A stretch of 46,883 bases of DNA from Sphingomonadales bacterium (GCA_038316685.1 JBBQAU010000001.1:1-46883); one strand, 5' to 3'; shown: positions 1-10,848, numbered from the stretch's first letter. Notes: generated by a model not told the origin, from the letters alone. Numbers and translations: made by a program.

Positions 1-1178
1 GTGCCCTTATCGTTGTTTGAAACGCCCCAACAATTAGCCGTTTTGGTAAATTCCTGCACGTTGACGACAACGCCGACAGGATCAAATGGTAGCGAGCGTG
101 CAGCCTCCAGGACAAGTTGGTCCAACTCGATCTTACCGTTCCGCACCTCGCCAACTTCATATGCGACATGGCCTCCCGGCTTCGTTACGCGCGCAAGATC
201 AGACAAAACCAGACGCGTGAATTCGGCCCAGTCGGCTGGCTTCCTGTGCATAGCGACAGCAATTCGGTTTGTCTCGATGCCAGCAAACCAGCAACGAAGC
301 CAGTTGTCTGACGCATATTGCACTATGTCGAGGAAGGGCGGCGAGGTTACCACCAGATCAACCGAGGCGTCCGCAAGGTTAACGCCGGTAGCGTCGCCCG
401 TCAGCAGAATTGACCGGCCGCCGGGCGGCAAGGCATCGCGGAACAATGTGCGCGACTTTTTGAGAATGATATCTTTCACATTTCGGCGCGGCGGCACCTG
501 ATTGCGCTTCGCGTTGATCTTGCGCTGCCCTTCGACGGAGGCGGCCTGGTTTGGCGGCAAACTATATACGGAGAAGAAACCGCTGCTGTGGCCGGTGAGT
601 CGGTTGATCGCGATCATGCGCAACCAGTCATCGACAGTGTCGAGCGTCGCGGTCGCCTCGCGTCTCAGGAAGTAGCGCCGCAACGCCTCAATCTTCGCAA
701 GCGTTTCCGGGTGATAAAATACGAGCAGTTCTTCGTGTTCGATGGCCTGAACTTCGAGGTCCAGTAGGTTCAGCCGCGAAAGTACCGCCGCGAGCGACGG
801 GGGGCTGATGCGAGGGCGGGTGAGCAACACGCTGAGCGGGTTTATGTCATTGCCAGCGCCTATTCGGCCTCGCAGTGCAGCTTGAACAGGTGTGGTGCCC
901 CGGCCCATGAATGGATCATAGACAGTGTCTCCGGGGAGCGTCAGGCGATCGATAAAGAAATCAGGAAGCTGGGGCTTGAAACACGCCCGGTAGCTGACTT
1001 CATGAATCGAATGCGCTTGCCGTTGCCGTGCTGTCCAAAACTCGTTGAAAAAATAGGGCACGCCGTTTCGGTGCTCAATCACCGTGCGGTCGCCATTAAA
1101 GGTAAAGGTTTTCAGTTCGCTGGCAAGATCGCCAGCGGGGCGGGCGCCGAACAATGTCGGGGATGCTAGCGATGCCAT
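1..1178 (-). CDS. Site-specific DNA methyltransferase, amino type (probably N4-cytosine); 3' end runs off the window
   Basis: Manual translation of the minus strand from ATG 1178 (not in the ORF track because no stop lies in the window): MASLASPTLF...FNEFWTARQRQAHSIHEVSYRACFKPQLP...VYDPFMGRGTT (SAM-binding motif I)...VDLVVTSPPF (catalytic motif IV)...FTKTANCWGVSNNDKG. Confidence 0.85.
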   Translation of the reverse strand, partial: MASLASPTLFGARPAGDLASELKTFTFNGDRTVIEHRNGVPYFFNEFWTARQRQAHSIHEVSYRACFKPQLPDFFIDRLTLPGDTVYDPFMGRGTTPVQAALRGRIGAGNDINPLSVLLTRPRISPPSLAAVLSRLNLLDLEVQAIEHEELLVFYHPETLAKIEALRRYFLRREATATLDTVDDWLRMIAINRLTGHSSGFFSVYSLPPNQAASVEGQRKINAKRNQVPPRRNVKDIILKKSRTLFRDALPPGGRSILLTGDATGVNLADASVDLVVTSPPFLDIVQYASDNWLRCWFAGIETNRIAVAMHRKPADWAEFTRLVLSDLARVTKPGGHVAYEVGEVRNGKIELDQLVLEAARSLPFDPVGVVVNVQEFTKTANCWGVSNNDKG

Positions 1179-1278
1179 GATTTGATCATAGGACTGATCG
1201 CTTCTTGCGCCACCTGCACTTTGCACGCTTGCGCATTTCCAAGGATCGGCTTCGCCACCGGTTTCGCGCTGGCCGCCA

Positions 1279-3339
1279 TCATCCCCCGGCCAATTCGCTC
1301 AACATTCCCGCCGTCAGCACTTGTGGTAAAATTTCGGGCTCCGCTGCGCCGGGTTTGTAATAGAGGTATAGCGGCACGCCTGCGCGGTTATGTTGCTCAA
1401 TGAAGCGGCCGAGTTTGGGGTCGCCATCGGTCCAGTCGCCGACCATCACCGCGACATTATGCTTGGCAAACGCGGCCTTGACCGCATCGGTATCGATCGC
1501 GACGCGTTCATTGACCTTGCAGGTCAGGCACCAGTCTGCGGTGAAATAGGCGAAGACCGGCTGGCCCCTGGCGCGTACGGCGGCGAGTTTTTCCGCCGTA
1601 AAGACGAGCTTGTTCGAGGCTGCCAATTCGGCAGCTGCGGCTGCACCGCGAGCGACGGGCTGGATCATGCTGGCGGTAATGACAGCCACGACGGCCAGTG
1701 CCAGGCCCGACGCCCAATGCATCGACAGGCCGCGCGCCTGACGCCTTCCCGCGATAAACAGCACCATCGCAATGCCCAATCCACCGAGCAGCCCCAACGT
1801 CATGCCATTGACGCCTGATTGCCCCCCCAGCACCCAGGCGAGCCACACTGCGGTCAACCCCATCGGGATGGCAAGGATGTGGCGGAATGTTTCCATCCAC
1901 GCGCCGGGCTTTGGCAATAGCTTGCGCAAGGCGGGGATGAAGCCGAGCGCAAGGAACGGGATCGAGAGGCCGATGCCCAGCCCTGCAAACACCGCAAGCG
2001 CGGCGGGCCACGGCAGGACGAGCGCCGCGCCCAAGGCTGCGCCCATGAAAGGCCCGGTGCACGGTGTGGCAATGATCGCCGCCAGTGCGCCCGTTGCAAA
2101 GGCACCGCTTGCGCCGCTGGCTGAATCGACGAAGCGTGGTGTGGGGATTTCGAAAAGCCCGGCGAGATTGAGCGTCAAGGCGACGACCAGCAGCATCAGG
2201 ACCGCAATCGTGCGCGGGTCTTGCAGCTGGAATGCCCAGCCCACCGCCGCGCCGCCAGCGCGAAGCCCGAGGATTGCCGCGCCCAGGCCGACGATCACCA
2301 CAAGCACGCCGGCGGTATAAGCAAGCGCCTCACGCCGTGCTGCGCGTTCATCAACATGGCCGCGCGCCAGACTGAGCGCCTTTAGGCTCAGGATCGGGAA
2401 CACGCAGGGCATGATGTTCAGGATCAACCCGCCGAGCAACGCGCCGCCAAGCGCGATGAGGGTCGCCCAGATGACGTTTTCGCCGGTGCCTGTGGTCGCG
2501 CCGCCAGCAGCAGCGGCCACCGTGCCGGACGATGCCGAGACGTTCAGGCCGCGCGCCGTCCCGATCCTGATCACGCCCATGACGGGGCCGGTTCCCGCTT
2601 CAAGCGCTGCGGTTTCGATGACGAGCCGGTCACCGTCGCGCGTTACCTTTTGTGGGGCGGCATAGTCGATCCGGCCCGTCGTCAGCGGGAAGAAATAGGC
2701 GGACTGCAGCGGTGTCGTGGCAGGGTAGGGGATACCAATCCGGATCGTCTTGCCAATCATCTGATAGGTTGCATCCATACCGATTGATTTGGGCAAGGCC
2801 TTGCGGAAACCGTCAAATAGCTCGCGGCGTTCGGGGTTGATTGCGCCATCGCCAACGGTCAGGTTGATCGACAGATCGGCGGCTTCGGGCACACAGATCT
2901 CTTCAGTGCAAACCAGATAGTTTGATCGCAGCTTAATCGGCAATTTTGACCCGACCGCTGCGGTCGCCGGAATGTCGATCTTGAGCAGCAGGGTATAATG
3001 CTGTTCAAACACATAATTCATCAGCCCCGCGATCAGCAGCGTCGTCGGCACGGGATAGCTTGCCTCGCCTGCCACGATACCCGTCGGTAAATTCCAGGCA
3101 AATTTGGCGGGAAAGCCGGCATCACCGGGGTTCTGCCAGTAACCGTGCCAGCCCGGCTGTGGGGTCACGTCATAAGCGATGGTCACCGATGTGCCGGGGG
3201 CGGGATTTTCCGTCTCGGCGATCAGCTTGACCGCCAGATGAGGCCCGGCTGAATTCGGATCGGGTGCCTGGGCGCTCGCGGGCAAAATCGCCCCCAGCGA
3301 GAGCAGCACCGTCACAAAGACGAAACCCAAAACACGCAT
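1279..3339 (-). CDS. dsbD: Protein-disulfide reductase DsbD-family protein (periplasmic domain, TM domain, thioredoxin domain)
   Basis: Signal peptide from MRVLGF (ATG 3339), N-terminal Cys pair VCTEEICVP, TM motifs MPCVFP and TPCTGP, C-terminal ADWCLTC. Confidence 0.85.
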   Translation of the reverse strand: MRVLGFVFVTVLLSLGAILPASAQAPDPNSAGPHLAVKLIAETENPAPGTSVTIAYDVTPQPGWHGYWQNPGDAGFPAKFAWNLPTGIVAGEASYPVPTTLLIAGLMNYVFEQHYTLLLKIDIPATAAVGSKLPIKLRSNYLVCTEEICVPEAADLSINLTVGDGAINPERRELFDGFRKALPKSIGMDATYQMIGKTIRIGIPYPATTPLQSAYFFPLTTGRIDYAAPQKVTRDGDRLVIETAALEAGTGPVMGVIRIGTARGLNVSASSGTVAAAAGGATTGTGENVIWATLIALGGALLGGLILNIMPCVFPILSLKALSLARGHVDERAARREALAYTAGVLVVIVGLGAAILGLRAGGAAVGWAFQLQDPRTIAVLMLLVVALTLNLAGLFEIPTPRFVDSASGASGAFATGALAAIIATPCTGPFMGAALGAALVLPWPAALAVFAGLGIGLSIPFLALGFIPALRKLLPKPGAWMETFRHILAIPMGLTAVWLAWVLGGQSGVNGMTLGLLGGLGIAMVLFIAGRRQARGLSMHWASGLALAVVAVITASMIQPVARGAAAAAELAASNKLVFTAEKLAAVRARGQPVFAYFTADWCLTCKVNERVAIDTDAVKAAFAKHNVAVMVGDWTDGDPKLGRFIEQHNRAGVPLYLYYKPGAAEPEILPQVLTAGMLSELAGG

Positions 3340-3417
3340 GCGGTAATCCTTGTCGAAACGTCTGATCCGGGTGATAGCCATAGATCAGGCCTGATGCACC
3401 CGAACGGGAGATATGGG

Positions 3418-5070
3418 ATGAAGATTGTTGGCACTGTATTCGCAGCAACGCTCGCATTGGTTACAGCGCCTGCGATTGCGCAAGAAACTCCAGCGCCCGA
3501 AAAGTCAGCCGTTGTAAATACACCGCCAAAGCTCATCGTGGCGGTCTCGGTCGATCAACTCTCTGCCGATTTGTTCGCTGAATATCGTAATCATTTCACC
3601 GGTGGCTTTGCCCGCTTGCTGCAAGGCGCGGTTTTCCCGTCGGGTTATCAAAGTCATGCCGCAACCGAAACCTGCCCCGGCCATTCGACGATCCTCACCG
3701 GGATGCGGCCTGATCACACCGGCATCATCGCCAATAACTGGGTCGATCTGAAAGCTGCGCGTAACGACAAGAATATTTACTGCGCCGAGGATGAGACTGT
3801 GCCCGGCAGCTCTTCGCTCGCCTACACCGTTTCTGACAAGCATTTGCTTGTGCCGACGCTCGGCGAGTTGATGAAGGCGGCCAACCCGAAATCCCGCGTC
3901 GTATCGGTCGCGGGCAAGGACCGTGCGGCGGTGATGATGGGCGGCCATCAGGTCGATGAGCTGTGGTGGTGGGGCGGCAAAAGCTTTGTCAGCTACAATG
4001 GTCGTGCGACCCCTGCTGTGGTGCAGCGAACCAATGACGCCGTCACCGCGTTACTTGCCAAGGGGCAGCCAGCGCTTCGTGAACCCGATTACTGCGTCAG
4101 CCGCAGCCGGGCGATCGCGCTCGATGGCGGCAAGACCGTCGGCACAGGGCGGTTTGAACGCGCGCCCGGTGACGCCCGCCCGTTCCGCGCCTCGCCTGAA
4201 TTTGACGCGGCGGTCTTCGCGCTCGCCGCTGGTCTGGTTCAGGACATGAAGCTGGGGCAGGGCACGGCAACCGATCTGATTGCAGTCGGTGCCTCCGCCA
4301 CAGATTATGTCGGCCACGCATTCGGCACTGAGGGTAATGAAATGTGCCTGAACCTCTACGAACTCGACAAGTCGCTCGGGAGCTTTTTCGCCACGCTTGA
4401 TGCGATGAAGATCGATTATCAGGTCATGCTGACCGCGGATCATGGCGGGCACGATTTGCCCGAACGTAACCGTGCGCACGGCGCCCCCGATGCGGTCCGC
4501 ATCGACCCGGGCCTCAATCCAAAGGGCATCAGTGACGCGATCATCGCCAAGCTCAAACTGCCCGGCCAGACGCTGTTCGGCGATTCGGTGGGCGATGCCT
4601 GGATTGATCCAAAGCTAACCCCTAAACAGCGTGACGCTGTGCTGACCGAAGCGCTGGCGCGATATCGGGCGCACCCGCAAGTTGCGGGCGCCTTCTCGCG
4701 CGCCGAAATTCTGGCAACGCCGACGCCAAGCGGTCCGGCCGAAACCTGGTCGCTGATCCAGCGCGCAAGGGCGGGCTATCACCCGGAACGCTCCGGCGAT
4801 CTTGTTGTGGCATTGAAGCCGCGGGTAACGCCAATCCCGACCAGCGGCGGCAGTACAGTCGCCACGCATGGTTCGTTCTGGGATTATGACCGCCGCGTGC
4901 CGATCCTGTTCTGGCGCAAGGGGATGACGAGCTTTGAGCAAGCCTTGTCGGTTGAAACGGTCGATATCGCGCCAACGCTTGCAGCGACGCTGGGCCTGGC
5001 ATTGACCGGGCCGAAGATGGATGGGCGCTGTCTTGATCTTGATGAAGGCGTGGCGAGCAGTTGCCCCTGA
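3418..5070 (+). CDS. phoK: Alkaline phosphatase superfamily protein, PhoK/PafA type
   Basis: Signal peptide MKIVGTV...AIA; motifs SVDQ, ETCPGHSTILTG (Thr nucleophile), GKDRAA, DYVGH, TADHG, THGS. Confidence 0.85.
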   Translation: MKIVGTVFAATLALVTAPAIAQETPAPEKSAVVNTPPKLIVAVSVDQLSADLFAEYRNHFTGGFARLLQGAVFPSGYQSHAATETCPGHSTILTGMRPDHTGIIANNWVDLKAARNDKNIYCAEDETVPGSSSLAYTVSDKHLLVPTLGELMKAANPKSRVVSVAGKDRAAVMMGGHQVDELWWWGGKSFVSYNGRATPAVVQRTNDAVTALLAKGQPALREPDYCVSRSRAIALDGGKTVGTGRFERAPGDARPFRASPEFDAAVFALAAGLVQDMKLGQGTATDLIAVGASATDYVGHAFGTEGNEMCLNLYELDKSLGSFFATLDAMKIDYQVMLTADHGGHDLPERNRAHGAPDAVRIDPGLNPKGISDAIIAKLKLPGQTLFGDSVGDAWIDPKLTPKQRDAVLTEALARYRAHPQVAGAFSRAEILATPTPSGPAETWSLIQRARAGYHPERSGDLVVALKPRVTPIPTSGGSTVATHGSFWDYDRRVPILFWRKGMTSFEQALSVETVDIAPTLAATLGLALTGPKMDGRCLDLDEGVASSCP

Positions 5071-5086
5071 TTGCGCGAAAAGCCGG

Positions 5087-6019
5087 TTAGCGCGTCTCAA
5101 ACATCCGGATACCCTTGCCGATCGTGTTTGCGCCGAGCGCGAGTTGTTCGTGGCTGATGTCAGCGAGGAAGGCCGGGCTTTTCGTCTGTCCCGGTGCCAG
5201 GCTTGCAGTGTTGCCTTCGACGCGCAGGCCGGCTGAGCGATATTTCCGTGCTTCTGCGGCGACGACGATGAAGCCGGTCCAATTCTCCTTTTGCGCGCCC
5301 TGCACGAAGGTGTTGTTGGCGATCAGGCCCGTGCCGCCCTCGGGCAATTCGATCATATAGTTCGTCTTACTACCCTGGCTGTCATCAAAGCTGTTACCGG
5401 TGATCGACACGCGCGGCACGCGGAGTTTGACGTAATGGCCGCCCCGTCCGCGCTCGAACCGTGACCGGGTGATCGTAACCTGCCCCGTAGTCGCGAGATA
5501 GACGCTGTGGGCACAATCGGGGGTTTCATCACACTGACCAAGCCCGGCAAAGGTGGATTGGTCTATAGTGATCGAGCGCGGTGCATCCTGCGCACCTAAT
5601 ATGCCTTCTTGGCTGTCGAGGAACATTGCGTTGCGCACGGTTAGATCGCCCAGCTCAATTCGAATCCCCGCGCCATTGCCATCGGGCACGCGTATGTTGC
5701 GGAAGATAAGCCCATCGATCACTGAACCTTCACCGCGCAGCACAAGCGCCGCCTTCCCCTCGCACGCCACCCCGTCAAAAATCGCACTGCCCGGCTGCAC
5801 TGCCTTGAAAGTGATCCGCCCAGCCTGCTGAATCGCGCACTGGCGGTAGATGCCAGGTGCAATCAGGATCGTCACATTCTGCCCGCGCACTGACATCAGC
5901 GCATCGTCGAGCTGCGCAAAGCCTTGCCCCGTTTCTTGGACCGTGAATGGCGCATTAGAATTTTGGGCAGCGGCGGGCACGGTGAGTGCTATGGCGAGAA
6001 ATGGCAAAATTCGACGCAT
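5087..6019 (-). CDS. Secreted right-handed parallel beta-helix repeat protein (pectin-lyase-like fold)
   Basis: Signal peptide MRRILPFLAIALTVPAAAQ; beta-helix-like strands (IAPGIY, DGNGAGIR, ITIDQSTF, SITGNSF, IANNTF). Start moved from 6115 to ATG 6019. Confidence 0.7.
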   Translation of the reverse strand: MRRILPFLAIALTVPAAAQNSNAPFTVQETGQGFAQLDDALMSVRGQNVTILIAPGIYRQCAIQQAGRITFKAVQPGSAIFDGVACEGKAALVLRGEGSVIDGLIFRNIRVPDGNGAGIRIELGDLTVRNAMFLDSQEGILGAQDAPRSITIDQSTFAGLGQCDETPDCAHSVYLATTGQVTITRSRFERGRGGHYVKLRVPRVSITGNSFDDSQGSKTNYMIELPEGGTGLIANNTFVQGAQKENWTGFIVVAAEARKYRSAGLRVEGNTASLAPGQTKSPAFLADISHEQLALGANTIGKGIRMFETR

Positions 6020-6090
6020 GACATGAGCTCCAATTCTGAGCTTTATGCCAAAGATGTACGATTTTGTGAATACGAATAGAGGGTTAACGA

Positions 6091-8703
6091 TCAATCCATG
6101 TTGGGGCGCAGCCACCGCCGCGCGATCGCTTGGTCAACGCCGCGCCGTGTTGCATAGTCCGCCATCTGGTCCTCGCCGATGCGCGCGACGCCAAAATACT
6201 CTGCCTGGGCATGGCCGAAATAAAAGCCCGAAACCGCCGCCGTCGGCAGCATCGCAAAACTGTCCATGAGCGTAATGCCGGTGTGCGTTGTTACGTCCAG
6301 TGTCTCGAACAGGATGGCCTTCAGGCTATGCTCGGGGCAGGCGGGGTAGCCGGGGGCAGGGCGGATACCGCGATATTGTTCACGGATCAGCGCGTCGTTG
6401 GTCAATTGTTCACCCTCGGCATAGCCCCATAGCGTGGTGCGGACATGCTGGTGGAGCCGTTCGGCAAAAGCCTCAGCCAGCCGATCGGCCAGCGCTTTCA
6501 GCAAAATGTCCTGATAGTCATCATGCCCCGCCTTGAAGCGCGCGATGTGCACATCAATGCCGTGGATACCAACGGCAAATCCGCCAATCCAGTCGCCAGC
6601 GGGATCGATGAAGTCTGCCAGACACATATTGGCGCGTCCCTCGCGCTTGGCGATCTGCTGGCGAAGGAACGGGAGGCGGACCAATTGCTCGTCGTGCGCG
6701 CTTGGCGTGGCATGCAGCAGCACATCATCACCGTCGCGCCTACACGGCCACAGCCCGACGATACCGCGCGCGGTGAGCCATTTTTCGGCAATGATTGTAT
6801 CAAGCATCGCCTGCGCGTCAGCAAACAAGTTACGGGCGCTTTCGCCGACGACGGCGTCGGTCAGTATCGCCGGATAATTGCCCGCCAGTTCCCAGGCGCG
6901 GAAGAACGGCGTCCAGTCAATGACACTGCGCAGATCGGCCAAATTCCAATCCTGAAACACATGCACACCGGGTTGCTTTGGATCAGTCGCCTTCAACGTC
7001 ATGTCAGCAACAAACGCTTGCGCGCGGGCAGTCGCGAGCGGGAGCAGATCATTCTGCCCCTTATTGGCGCGATTGACCCGCACCGTTTCATATTCGTCCG
7101 CCGTGCGCTGGACAAAGCCGTCGCGCTGGGTGTCGCTGACCAATGTCGATGCAACGCCGACCGCGCGGCTGGCATCAAGCACGTGGACCACGGGTCCGTC
7201 ATAAGCAGGTGCTATCCGCAGTGCGGTATGCACTTTGGAGGTGGTCGCGCCGCCGATCAGCAGCGGCATCGTCATGCCCGCGCGCTTCATCTCTTCCGCG
7301 ACGGTTACCATCTCGTCGAGCGACGGTGTGATCAGGCCGGAAAGTCCGATCATATCGGCGTCATTCTCGTTTGCGGCCTTCAAAATGTCAGACCAGGCCA
7401 CCATCACGCCCATATCGACGACATCAAAGCCATTGCACTGAAGCACGACGCCGACAATGTTCTTGCCGATATCATGCACATCGCCCTTGACGGTCGCCAT
7501 AATGATCTTGCCCTTGCCGCGCGCGCCGGGTTCCTTCGCCGCCTCGATAAAGGGCAGCAGATGCGCGACCGCCTTTTTCATGACGCGGGCTGATTTCACG
7601 ACCTGCGGCAGGAACATCTTGCCCGAGCCAAACAGGTCGCCGACGACATTCATGCCGTCCATCAACGGGCCTTCGATGACCTCAATCGGGCGGGCAAAGC
7701 CCAGCCGCGCTTCCTCGGTATCCTCAACGACGTGCATGTCAATTCCCTTGACGAGCGCATATTCAAGCCGCTTGTTGACATCGAGGCTGCGCCACTCGGC
7801 GGCCGCTTTTTCGGCAACGGCGTCGGTGCCGCGATAGCGTTCGGCAAGCGCAATCAGCCGGTCGGTCGAATCCTCGCGGCGATCATATACGACATCCTCG
7901 CACGCTTCGCGCAGTTCAGGATCAATATCGTCATAGATGTCCAACTGCCCGGCATTGACGATCGCCATATCGAGTCCGGCGGGGATGGCATGATAGAGGA
8001 ACACGCTGTGCATCGCGCGGCGAACGGGCTCATTGCCACGAAAGCTAAACGACAGGTTCGATAGGCCGCCTGAGATATGCACGTGCGGGCAGCGTGCCTT
8101 GATCTCAGTGCAGGCCTCAATAAAATCAATGGCATAGCGGCGATGCTCGTCAATGCCAGTGGCGACTGCAAACACGTTGGGATCAAAGATGATGTCTTCA
8201 GCCGGGAAGCCGATACCGGTCAGCAGCTTATAGGCGCGTTCGCAAATCTCGACCTTGCGCTGCTTGGTGTCGGCTTGCCCCACTTCATCAAACGCCATCA
8301 CGACGACGGCGGCACCATAGGCCATGACCTTGCGCGCCTGCTCAAGAAACTGCGCTTCGCCCTCCTTCATGCTGATCGAATTGACGATCGGCTTGCCGGA
8401 TACGCATTTCAGCCCCGCCTCGATCACTGACCATTTCGACGAATCGATCATGAAGGGGATGCGCGCAATATCAGGTTCGGCGGCGATCAGTTTGAGGAAG
8501 GTCGTCATCGCCCGCTCGGCGTCGAGCAGACCCTCGTCCATGTTGACGTCAAGCACCTGCGCGCCGCTTTCCACCTGCTGGCGGGCGACTTCGACGGCTG
8601 CATCATAATCATCCGCCATGATCAGTTTTTTGAAGCGCGCCGATCCGGTCACGTTGGTGCGTTCACCGATATTGACGAAATTGGTCGAGGAGGGGGTGGT
8701 CAT
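6091..8703 (-). CDS. metH: Cobalamin-dependent methionine synthase, C-terminal part (pterin-binding, B12-binding, reactivation domains)
   Basis: [11 protein letters not shown]12 motif [35 protein letters not shown]. Confidence 0.95.
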   Translation of the reverse strand: MTTPSSTNFVNIGERTNVTGSARFKKLIMADDYDAAVEVARQQVESGAQVLDVNMDEGLLDAERAMTTFLKLIAAEPDIARIPFMIDSSKWSVIEAGLKCVSGKPIVNSISMKEGEAQFLEQARKVMAYGAAVVVMAFDEVGQADTKQRKVEICERAYKLLTGIGFPAEDIIFDPNVFAVATGIDEHRRYAIDFIEACTEIKARCPHVHISGGLSNLSFSFRGNEPVRRAMHSVFLYHAIPAGLDMAIVNAGQLDIYDDIDPELREACEDVVYDRREDSTDRLIALAERYRGTDAVAEKAAAEWRSLDVNKRLEYALVKGIDMHVVEDTEEARLGFARPIEVIEGPLMDGMNVVGDLFGSGKMFLPQVVKSARVMKKAVAHLLPFIEAAKEPGARGKGKIIMATVKGDVHDIGKNIVGVVLQCNGFDVVDMGVMVAWSDILKAANENDADMIGLSGLITPSLDEMVTVAEEMKRAGMTMPLLIGGATTSKVHTALRIAPAYDGPVVHVLDASRAVGVASTLVSDTQRDGFVQRTADEYETVRVNRANKGQNDLLPLATARAQAFVADMTLKATDPKQPGVHVFQDWNLADLRSVIDWTPFFRAWELAGNYPAILTDAVVGESARNLFADAQAMLDTIIAEKWLTARGIVGLWPCRRDGDDVLLHATPSAHDEQLVRLPFLRQQIAKREGRANMCLADFIDPAGDWIGGFAVGIHGIDVHIARFKAGHDDYQDILLKALADRLAEAFAERLHQHVRTTLWGYAEGEQLTNDALIREQYRGIRPAPGYPACPEHSLKAILFETLDVTTHTGITLMDSFAMLPTAAVSGFYFGHAQAEYFGVARIGEDQMADYATRRGVDQAIARRWLRPNMD

Positions 8704-8715
8704 AGTGTGTGTCTT

Positions 8716-8824
8716 CCCCCCTCCCGCATGCGGGAGGGGCCGGGGGTGGGAGCGTGAAGTGCCGCAAGGGAGTTGTTTGAGCGTCGTTCAGCCCAACCCC
8801 GCCCCTTTCGCAAGAGGGACAGGA
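8716..8824. repeat. REP-like palindromic intergenic element
   Basis: Perfect 22-bp palindrome CCCCTCCCGCATGCGGGAGGGG (8718-8739) followed by CCGGGGGTGGG; degenerate inverted partner CCCAACCCCGCCCCTTTCGCAAGAGGG at about 8792-8818. Confidence 0.7.
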
Positions 8825-8831
8825 GTTTGCG

Positions 8832-9884
8832 CTAAGCAGCCATCGTCATCGGCTCAAGCCCGGCGAGGCGGGTGACGACGGGCGGCACCGGTAGCGCGCG
8901 CACCGCAAGTCCCTCCACAGCCCGCGCCATTGCAGCGATATGGGCAGGTGTCGATCCGCAGCAGCCACCAAGGATGTTGACCTGGCCCGCGACCGCCCAT
9001 TCCTTAACGAGCGCCGCTGTCTGCTCCGGCAGTTCGTCATACTCGCCCAGCTCGTTGGGCAGGCCGGCATTGGGATAGATCATGATCAGCGTATCGGCGA
9101 TCTGGCTGAGCGTCTTGACATGCGGGCGCAGCTGTTGCGCCCCGAATGAACAGTTGAGGCCAATTGTCAGCGGCTTGGCATGCCGCACCGCGTGCCAGAA
9201 TGCCTCGACGGTATGGCCTGAAAGATTGCGGCCTGACAAATCGGTCAGCGTCATCGACATCATGATCGGCAGATCGCGGCCCAGATCATCGGCGGCTTCC
9301 AGCACCGCCATGATCCCTGCCTTGGCATTGAGCGTATCGAAGACGGTTTCAATGAGGATGAAGTCAACCCCGCCCTCAACCAGAGCATCAACCTGTTCGC
9401 GGTAAACGCCCTTCAGATAGTCAAAATCAATCTCGCGAAAACCGGGATCGTTGACATCGGGGCTCAGCGACAGTGTCTTGTTGGTGGGTCCGATCGCGCC
9501 TGCCACAAAGCGTGGGCGACCATCCTTTGCTGCAAATTCCTCTGCACACCGCCGCGCGATCTGCGCCGAGGCGACGTTGATTTCGCGGACCAGATGTTCG
9601 GCGGCATAATCGGCCTGACTGATCCGGTTTGCGCTGAAAGTATTGGTCGAGACGATGTCTGATCCCGCCGTCAGATATTCCCGCGTAATCGTCTCGGGCA
9701 CCTCAGGCTTTGAGAGCGCCAGAATATCATTGTTGCCCTTCTGATCCTTAGTGAGGCCCAGGGTCCCCGCGTAATCGGCCTCCACCAGTTTCCAGTTTTG
9801 AATTTCCGTCCCGAAGGCACCATCGGTCAGCATTACGCGCTGTGCCGCCTGGTCGAGGAGCAATTGACGTGGCGTCATCATCAT
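8832..9884 (-). CDS. metH: Methionine synthase N-terminal homocysteine-binding domain as a separate gene
   Basis: DGAFGT, GNND, TNTFSA, GLNC and GGCCG Zn-ligand motifs, PNAGLPN. Confidence 0.92.
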   Translation of the reverse strand: MMMTPRQLLLDQAAQRVMLTDGAFGTEIQNWKLVEADYAGTLGLTKDQKGNNDILALSKPEVPETITREYLTAGSDIVSTNTFSANRISQADYAAEHLVREINVASAQIARRCAEEFAAKDGRPRFVAGAIGPTNKTLSLSPDVNDPGFREIDFDYLKGVYREQVDALVEGGVDFILIETVFDTLNAKAGIMAVLEAADDLGRDLPIMMSMTLTDLSGRNLSGHTVEAFWHAVRHAKPLTIGLNCSFGAQQLRPHVKTLSQIADTLIMIYPNAGLPNELGEYDELPEQTAALVKEWAVAGQVNILGGCCGSTPAHIAAMARAVEGLAVRALPVPPVVTRLAGLEPMTMAA

Positions 9885-9903
9885 TACCTATTGGAAAGGG
9901 GGA

Positions 9904-10848
9904 TCAGGCGGCCGCCGCGATGCTCGCCGTTGCCTTTGGGCGAAGCCCGAGCAAGTGGCAGATCGCGTAGCTCAGTTCGGCACGGTTCAGCGTATAAAAG
10001 TGGAAGTGGCGCACACCGCCGGCATACAGCTTGCGGCTCATTTCGGCAGCGATTGTCGCCGCGATGAGCTGGCGCGCAGCCGGGTGATCATCCAACCCTT
10101 CAAACAGCCGGTCCATCCACGCCGGAATTTCGGCCCCGCACATGCCCGCGAATTTACGGGTCTGCGCGACGTTCGATACGGGCAGGATTCCGGGAACAAT
10201 TTCAGCCTTGATGCCAGCACCAGCTGCGGCATCGCGGAAGCGGAAGAAGCATTCTGGCGTGAAAAAGAACTGCGAAATGGCGCGGGTCGCCCCGGCATCA
10301 ATCTTGCGCTTCAGGTTATCGAGATCGGTGGTAAGATTGGCTGAATCGGGGTGCCGCTCAGGATAGGCTGCTACCGAAATTTCAAAGGGGTGGAGTTTGG
10401 TGAGGCCAGCGACAAGATCGGCGGCATTTTGATAGCCCTGGCCGTGCGGCACGAACTTTGCCCCCAACACCGGCATATCGCCACGTAGCGCGACGATGTG
10501 CCGCACACCCGCTTCCCAATAGGCATTGGCGATCTCGTTAATCTCGCCGCGCGAAGCCTCAACGCAGGTCAGGTGCGCCGCAGCGGCCATCGTTGTTTCG
10601 CGCTGGATGCGCGCGACGGTGGCATGGGTCCGCTCGCGGGTGGAACCGCCCGCGCCGTAAGTCACTGAGACAAAGCGGGGAGCAAGTGGCTCAAGCGTCG
10701 TCACCGCTTCCCAAAGCGCCTCTTCCATTTTTTCGCTTTTTGGCGGGAAAAATTCAAAGCTGACGACGGCGTCACCGGCAAGATCGGCAAACAGCGGCGC
10801 CTCCAGCGCGCGGCGGGCCTCTTCCAGTTGCAAAATCGAAATTGTCAT
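9904..10848 (-). CDS. metF: 5,10-methylenetetrahydrofolate reductase
   Basis: SFEFFPPK, VSVTYGAGG, AHLTC, ALRGD, AAYPE, HFYTLN. Confidence 0.95.
   Translation of the reverse strand: MTISILQLEEARRALEAPLFADLAGDAVVSFEFFPPKSEKMEEALWEAVTTLEPLAPRFVSVTYGAGGSTRERTHATVARIQRETTMAAAAHLTCVEASRGEINEIANAYWEAGVRHIVALRGDMPVLGAKFVPHGQGYQNAADLVAGLTKLHPFEISVAAYPERHPDSANLTTDLDNLKRKIDAGATRAISQFFFTPECFFRFRDAAAGAGIKAEIVPGILPVSNVAQTRKFAGMCGAEIPAWMDRLFEGLDDHPAARQLIAATIAAEMSRKLYAGGVRHFHFYTLNRAELSYAICHLLGLRPKATASIAAAA

Noticed and set aside
1-1403. Plus-strand ORFs 1..501, 117..311, 882..1169, 1182..1403
   Set aside because: Antisense shadows of the minus-strand methyltransferase and dsbD; no recognisable motifs.
6445-7593. 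382-aa plus-strand ORF and similar long antisense ORFs (19093..19878, 41431..42336, 45718..46662)
   Set aside because: Opposite well-supported genes; long stop-free antisense frames are expected in GC-rich coding DNA.
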